Assembly: GCF_000008625.1 (NCBI RefSeq)
Contig: NC_000918.1
Location: 960,001-992,000 of the forward strand
Direction of reading: 5' to 3'
DNA: 32,000 nucleotides
Source: Aquifex aeolicus VF5
GTDB lineage: Bacteria > Aquificota > Aquificia > Aquificales > Aquificaceae
A program made the translations under genes and the position numbers. Numbering within the stretch: position 1 is the first letter of the stretch; every line of letters starts with the position of its first letter. The notes beneath the pieces were generated by a model. That model was given only the letters and a program-made list of their open reading frames with translations, was not told where the DNA came from and did not search any database. Below, in pieces: positions 28,651-32,000 of the stretch.

Positions 28651-29660
28651 AAGCCCGTTTAAAAAATCTTGACACAGTGGAAGAGAAGAAGTAGAAGGAA
28701 GGGAATGAGAACAAGAAATAACAAGCAATTGATAAAACTGATATTAACCAAAAGCAGGGAAATATGCAATACCATTAGACCAAGTCAGTACAACAAAAGA
28801 GGAAGACCCAGAGTTTACGAAGATCACCTCATAGTAGCAGCACTACTGATTAAGATCTTAGAAAACCTCTCCCTCCGAGATTTAGAAGAAAGACTAAAAG
28901 ACCTATTCCCCAAAGTACCTGACTTTACCACTCTCCACTACAGGTTCAGAAAACTAAACCGGGGCTATCTCAAAGAGCTAATACACAGGACCGCAAAGGA
29001 GATAATGGAAAAGCTTCAGGCAAAAGAGTTTTACTGCCTTATTGCTGACGGAACCGGATTTGGATATGCACAGGCATATGAACTCAAGTGGAAGAAGGGA
29101 AAGGAACTTAGGAATGTAAAATCTCATGTGAAAACAGAAGTTCTTGTAGGAGTTGTAAGAAACAAAGCTATAGTAGTGGATATAAACACAGGCAAATCCT
29201 ATGCAGATGAGAATATGCTGCTAAGATCCATGCTCAAAGAACTTGGCTTTAGAGCGAGGTATTTTCTTGGGGATGCCTACTATGGGAAGTCTGCAGGAGT
29301 TTTAGAGGAAATAAAGAAGCTACGGATGGAGTCTATAGTTCCGGTGAGGGATACTGCACATACAAGAGTTAGGAACATGTATAGGCTATGGGCTAAGAGG
29401 AATTATGAGATAAGGAGGAAGGTTTATAGAAAGAACAGGTACAGGGTTGAGCAGGTGATAGGGATAGTTAAGAACAGGTTTGGGGACAGGGACAATGTTT
29501 ATGACTTTGAGATTGCGAGTTTGTATGTTCTAGGGAGGTTTGTTCTTTACAACTTGATCCTTCTTCTGAAGCTCCTTTTATTGTGTCTTAACCTTTTGAG
29601 GATTACATGGGCTTCCTCTCGCTTTATTCTCTAAGTCATGACGATTTTTTCAACAGGCTC
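28651..29660 (+). mobile_element. Complete ~1010-bp insertion sequence, IS5-like, IS903-like ends
   Basis: Left end AAGCCCGTTTAAAAAATC (28651-28668) and right end GATTTTTTCAACAGGCTC (29643-29660; reverse complement GAGCCTGTTGAAAAAATC) match 15/18; flanked by the 9-bp direct repeat AATTATAGT (28642-28650 and 29661-29669). Confidence 0.9.
28705..29634 (+). CDS. DDE transposase (IS5/IS4-superfamily type)
   Basis: LIADGTGFGYAQ (first D), FLGDAYYGKS (second D), RNRYRVEQVIGIVKNRFG (E region). ORF opens at TTG 28669; ATG at 28705 with GGAAGGG upstream looks better. Confidence 0.9.
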   Translation: MRTRNNKQLIKLILTKSREICNTIRPSQYNKRGRPRVYEDHLIVAALLIKILENLSLRDLEERLKDLFPKVPDFTTLHYRFRKLNRGYLKELIHRTAKEIMEKLQAKEFYCLIADGTGFGYAQAYELKWKKGKELRNVKSHVKTEVLVGVVRNKAIVVDINTGKSYADENMLLRSMLKELGFRARYFLGDAYYGKSAGVLEEIKKLRMESIVPVRDTAHTRVRNMYRLWAKRNYEIRRKVYRKNRYRVEQVIGIVKNRFGDRDNVYDFEIASLYVLGRFVLYNLILLLKLLLLCLNLLRITWASSRFIL

Positions 29661-29668
29661 AATTATAG

Positions 29669-29696
29669 TTGACATTTCTAAAAACTTTTTTATAAT
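29669..29696 (+). promoter_or_regulatory. Consensus sigma70 promoter
   Basis: Perfect TTGACA (29669-29674), 16-nt spacer, perfect TATAAT (29691-29696), immediately outside the IS right end. Confidence 0.8.
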
Positions 29697-29755
29697 AAGA
29701 AATGCACACAATTAGAAAAGGAGGCAGGAAGGGAGCTTTTCTATTGTTGGAAACT

Positions 29756-29777
29756 CCCTCCCTCCCCCTCCCTCCCC
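29756..29777 (-). other. G-quadruplex / i-motif forming tract
   Basis: Plus strand CCCTCCCTCCCCCTCCCTCCCC, so the minus strand has five G-runs of at least 3 separated by single A residues. Confidence 0.75.
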
Positions 29778-29788
29778 TATAGTTTTTT

Positions 29789-29814
29789 GGCCCTCCGCCC
29801 GGAGGGCCCTTTCT
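29789..29814 (+). terminator. GC-rich hairpin, possible terminator or 5'-leader hairpin
   Basis: GGCCCTCC-GCCC-GGAGGGCC, perfect 8-bp stem, followed by CTTTCT; preceded by T6. The downstream U tract is weak. Confidence 0.5.
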
Positions 29815-29838
29815 AAAGCAAGTGGTAAAATCTCCTTC

Positions 29839-30717
29839 ATGTTCATTTACGAGAAAGTTTTCTTTATACTTCTCATAATAGCCTTTGCATATACTCTCAA
29901 GAGGGGAGGTATATTTAAAGAAGAACACGCACTTCCGTTCATAAATTACGTTATTTACTTTGCCCTTCCCTTTACAATTTTCAAAAATCTCAGGTTTTTA
30001 GAAATAGGAAAGGAAGTGCTCGGCGTGGTTTTAATCGCTTGGGGAGCTATATTTCTTTCCATTTTATTTGCCTTTCTCTTCGGAAAATTCTTAAAACTTG
30101 AAGAAAAAACTCTGAGGGCTTTTTTACTTGTTTCTTCGTTCGGAAATACAGCCTTTATGGGATATCCCTTTTTGTACGCTCTGGAAGGGAATGAAGGTTT
30201 GAAGTACGCCATTTTATACGACCAATTAGGTTCATTCTTAATGGTAATTACCTTAGGACTGTTTTTAGCGATAGGCAAATTTGATCTCAAGGAATTAATT
30301 CTTTTTCCGCCTTTTATAGCTTTAGTATTGTCTTTTTTACTTCACGGGGTTCGTTTTCCGCAGTTTTTTGAGCATTCCGTGGAAATAATTTCCGGTTCGC
30401 TTATCCCGGTTATACTCTTTTCTCTGGGACTTCGTTTAAATTTCACAGATATGAAGTCGGATTACAGAACACTTTTTTCCGCACTCTTTATAAAAATGTT
30501 CTTAGTTCCTCTGTTAATTTTAGTTTTTTTAAAAATTTTTGGACTCACTTCCTTGCCATATAGAGTGGCTTTAATCGAAAGTGCTATGCCCCCGATGGTA
30601 TTTGCTGGCGTACTCGCTTTAAAATACGAACTGGACTTCAGACTTGCTTTTTCCGCAATAACACTGGGTATTGTCATCAGTTTATTTACAGTTCCTGTGT
30701 TTAGGATCTTACTCTAA
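29839..30717 (+). CDS. AEC (auxin efflux carrier) family permease
   Basis: Ten-helix hydrophobic profile with NYVIYFALPFTIFKNLRFL and SFGNTAFMGYPFLYALEG, ESAMPPMVFAGVLALKYELD. Confidence 0.88.
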   Translation: MFIYEKVFFILLIIAFAYTLKRGGIFKEEHALPFINYVIYFALPFTIFKNLRFLEIGKEVLGVVLIAWGAIFLSILFAFLFGKFLKLEEKTLRAFLLVSSFGNTAFMGYPFLYALEGNEGLKYAILYDQLGSFLMVITLGLFLAIGKFDLKELILFPPFIALVLSFLLHGVRFPQFFEHSVEIISGSLIPVILFSLGLRLNFTDMKSDYRTLFSALFIKMFLVPLLILVFLKIFGLTSLPYRVALIESAMPPMVFAGVLALKYELDFRLAFSAITLGIVISLFTVPVFRILL

Positions 30718-32000
30718 TCTTTCTTTGCATTCTGTACATTTCTATAATTTCCTGTTCGGTGGTTGCGTCTTCCGGTCTTTTGTCGAACCTGTACCTTCCG
30801 GTAAACCTCGGAAATCTCAGCCCAATTCCCCTGTTCGGAGAGACTTTTCCCCACCCGCACGTGTGAACAGGACTCAAAGTAAGTTCAGCTCCCGTTATTT
30901 CAAGAACCAGATAGGGTTCAAACCACATGTCCGCTTCGAGAATTGAATTTACCCTCGGGTGTCTGTGGTTCAGTTTCCTCGGCATGAGTATCTCTTCAAG
31001 TTTCTTGAAGTCGTCTTCGGTAAATCCCGTTCCCACTTTAGTCACTGTTTTAAACATGTCACTTTCAGGGTCGTAGCACGCCATCAAGAGAGAACCGAAC
31101 GTTCCCTTCCTCTGTCCTTTTCCGTAAAAACCGCCCACGACCACAAGGTCAAGCGTGTCCGCAAGTACCGACTTGTAGTCTCTCTTGTACTTAATCCAGA
31201 GAAAGCCTCTCTTTCCCGCCTGGTATATGGAGTTGGGAGCAAGCGACTTACAAACTAGCCCCTCACATCCCTCTTCTATTGCCTGATAAAAGAAGTTTTC
31301 AAGATCCTCCACGTTGTCCACTATCTTTCTAGGAACGAGGCCTATACGGTCCGTCCTCTTTACGACTTTTTCTAAGATTTCCCTCCTCTCGGGGTAGGGC
31401 TTCAGGGTTAGGTCCTCACCGTCAAGGTATATGATGTCAAAGAGAAAGCCTGCAACGGGGTATTTCGTGATGTGGTACTTCGTTACGTACTTTACTTTTC
31501 TATGCATAAGTTCCTGAAAGGGTCTTATCTCACCACTTGCGGGGTCTATAACAACCGCTTCCAGTTCAACTATAAAGTCGTGGGGTATTGCTTCTTTTAA
31601 AAACTCTATAAGATCCGGGTACTGGTGAGTTATATTCTCAAGTCTCCTTGAAAAGAGATAAAACTCATCTCCCTTTCTGTGGGCTTGAATTCTCTCCCCG
31701 TCGTACTTGTACTCCGCTCCGCACTTTCCCCCGAGCTTTCTGAGGATGAGTATGGGACTGCTCATACGTTCTGCGAGCATGGGTCTTACGGGTCTTCCCA
31801 CCTGTATCTTTACCTGTTTTACCCCTTCCAGTCCTTTCTCCGCGAGGATTTTTGCCACGTAGCCGAGATCAGAAGTCAAGTTGTAGGCCCTCTCCACCAC
31901 TTCCCTGTTTACAGAACTTCCCGTAAAGGCTATGGAAAGAGCCTCCAGTATGGTGTTGTCCCCTATTCCGAGTCTCAGCCTTTCCGTTATCGTTCTCAAA
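30701..32000 (-). CDS. lig: ATP-dependent DNA ligase (5' end beyond window)
   Basis: Catalytic motif I EYKYDGERIQAH, ELEAVVIDPASGEI, EGLVCKS, WIKYKRDY, LVVVGGFYGKGQRKGTFGSLL. Start listed at 31999 is an internal TTG and the frame stays open to the window edge. Confidence 0.93.
   Translation of the reverse strand, partial: LRTITERLRLGIGDNTILEALSIAFTGSSVNREVVERAYNLTSDLGYVAKILAEKGLEGVKQVKIQVGRPVRPMLAERMSSPILILRKLGGKCGAEYKYDGERIQAHRKGDEFYLFSRRLENITHQYPDLIEFLKEAIPHDFIVELEAVVIDPASGEIRPFQELMHRKVKYVTKYHITKYPVAGFLFDIIYLDGEDLTLKPYPERREILEKVVKRTDRIGLVPRKIVDNVEDLENFFYQAIEEGCEGLVCKSLAPNSIYQAGKRGFLWIKYKRDYKSVLADTLDLVVVGGFYGKGQRKGTFGSLLMACYDPESDMFKTVTKVGTGFTEDDFKKLEEILMPRKLNHRHPRVNSILEADMWFEPYLVLEITGAELTLSPVHTCGWGKVSPNRGIGLRFPRFTGRYRFDKRPEDATTEQEIIEMYRMQRKIRVRS

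Noticed and set aside
28669-28674. TTGACA at the inner edge of the IS left end as a transposase -35 box
   Set aside because: No -10-like hexamer 16-18 nt downstream (sequence there is GGAAGAGAAGAAGTAGAAGG), so I treat it as chance.
29659-29928. 89-aa minus-strand ORF over the IS/AEC intergenic region (PPGGGPKNYRGGRGREG)
   Set aside because: Low-complexity Gly/Arg product generated by the G-rich tract and hairpin; no start signal or homology pattern.
30671-31258. Plus-strand ORFs opposite the DNA ligase (30671-30946 and 30959-31258)
   Set aside because: Antisense shadow ORFs over a gene with clear catalytic motifs.

Overview
The window is a dense, moderately AT-rich bacterial chromosome segment. 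Gene content and style match a hyperthermophilic Aquificales genome, and I recognise it as probably Aquifex aeolicus (inference; no database was available). Most of it is housekeeping: a membrane-anchored spermidine synthase (5' truncated), phoH-ybeY, lipA, cydAB, a leftward efp-accB-MDR dehydrogenase-murC-argA cluster, nnr sitting between an initiator tRNA and tRNA-Ser(CGA), a thiE-like gene, a bifunctional di-myo-inositol-phosphate-phosphate synthase type gene, a TagD/RfaE-like cytidylyltransferase, rlpA-like, argH, a respiratory complex I membrane-arm cluster (nuoH-I-J-K-L-M-N-A), a patatin-like lipase, an ArsR/CxxC thioredoxin-like/permease cassette, fba, an AEC transporter and an ATP-dependent DNA ligase (5' truncated). 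The points most worth a second look are all in or near the non-housekeeping part. (1) nuoH is split by a single -1 frameshift. (2) A two-repeat mini-CRISPR (29-nt repeats, 36-nt spacer) with no cas genes lies next to a 1010-bp IS element, for which I can define 18-bp imperfect inverted repeats and a 9-bp target duplication. (3) Directly outside that IS is a perfect TTGACA-N16-TATAAT promoter feeding a non-coding stretch with a long imperfect hairpin, a five-tract G-quadruplex motif on the minus strand and a perfect 8-bp GC-rich hairpin. This is a candidate small RNA or structured 5' leader. (4) nuoL shows an abrupt internal codon-usage switch. I found no clearly novel multi-gene defence system.
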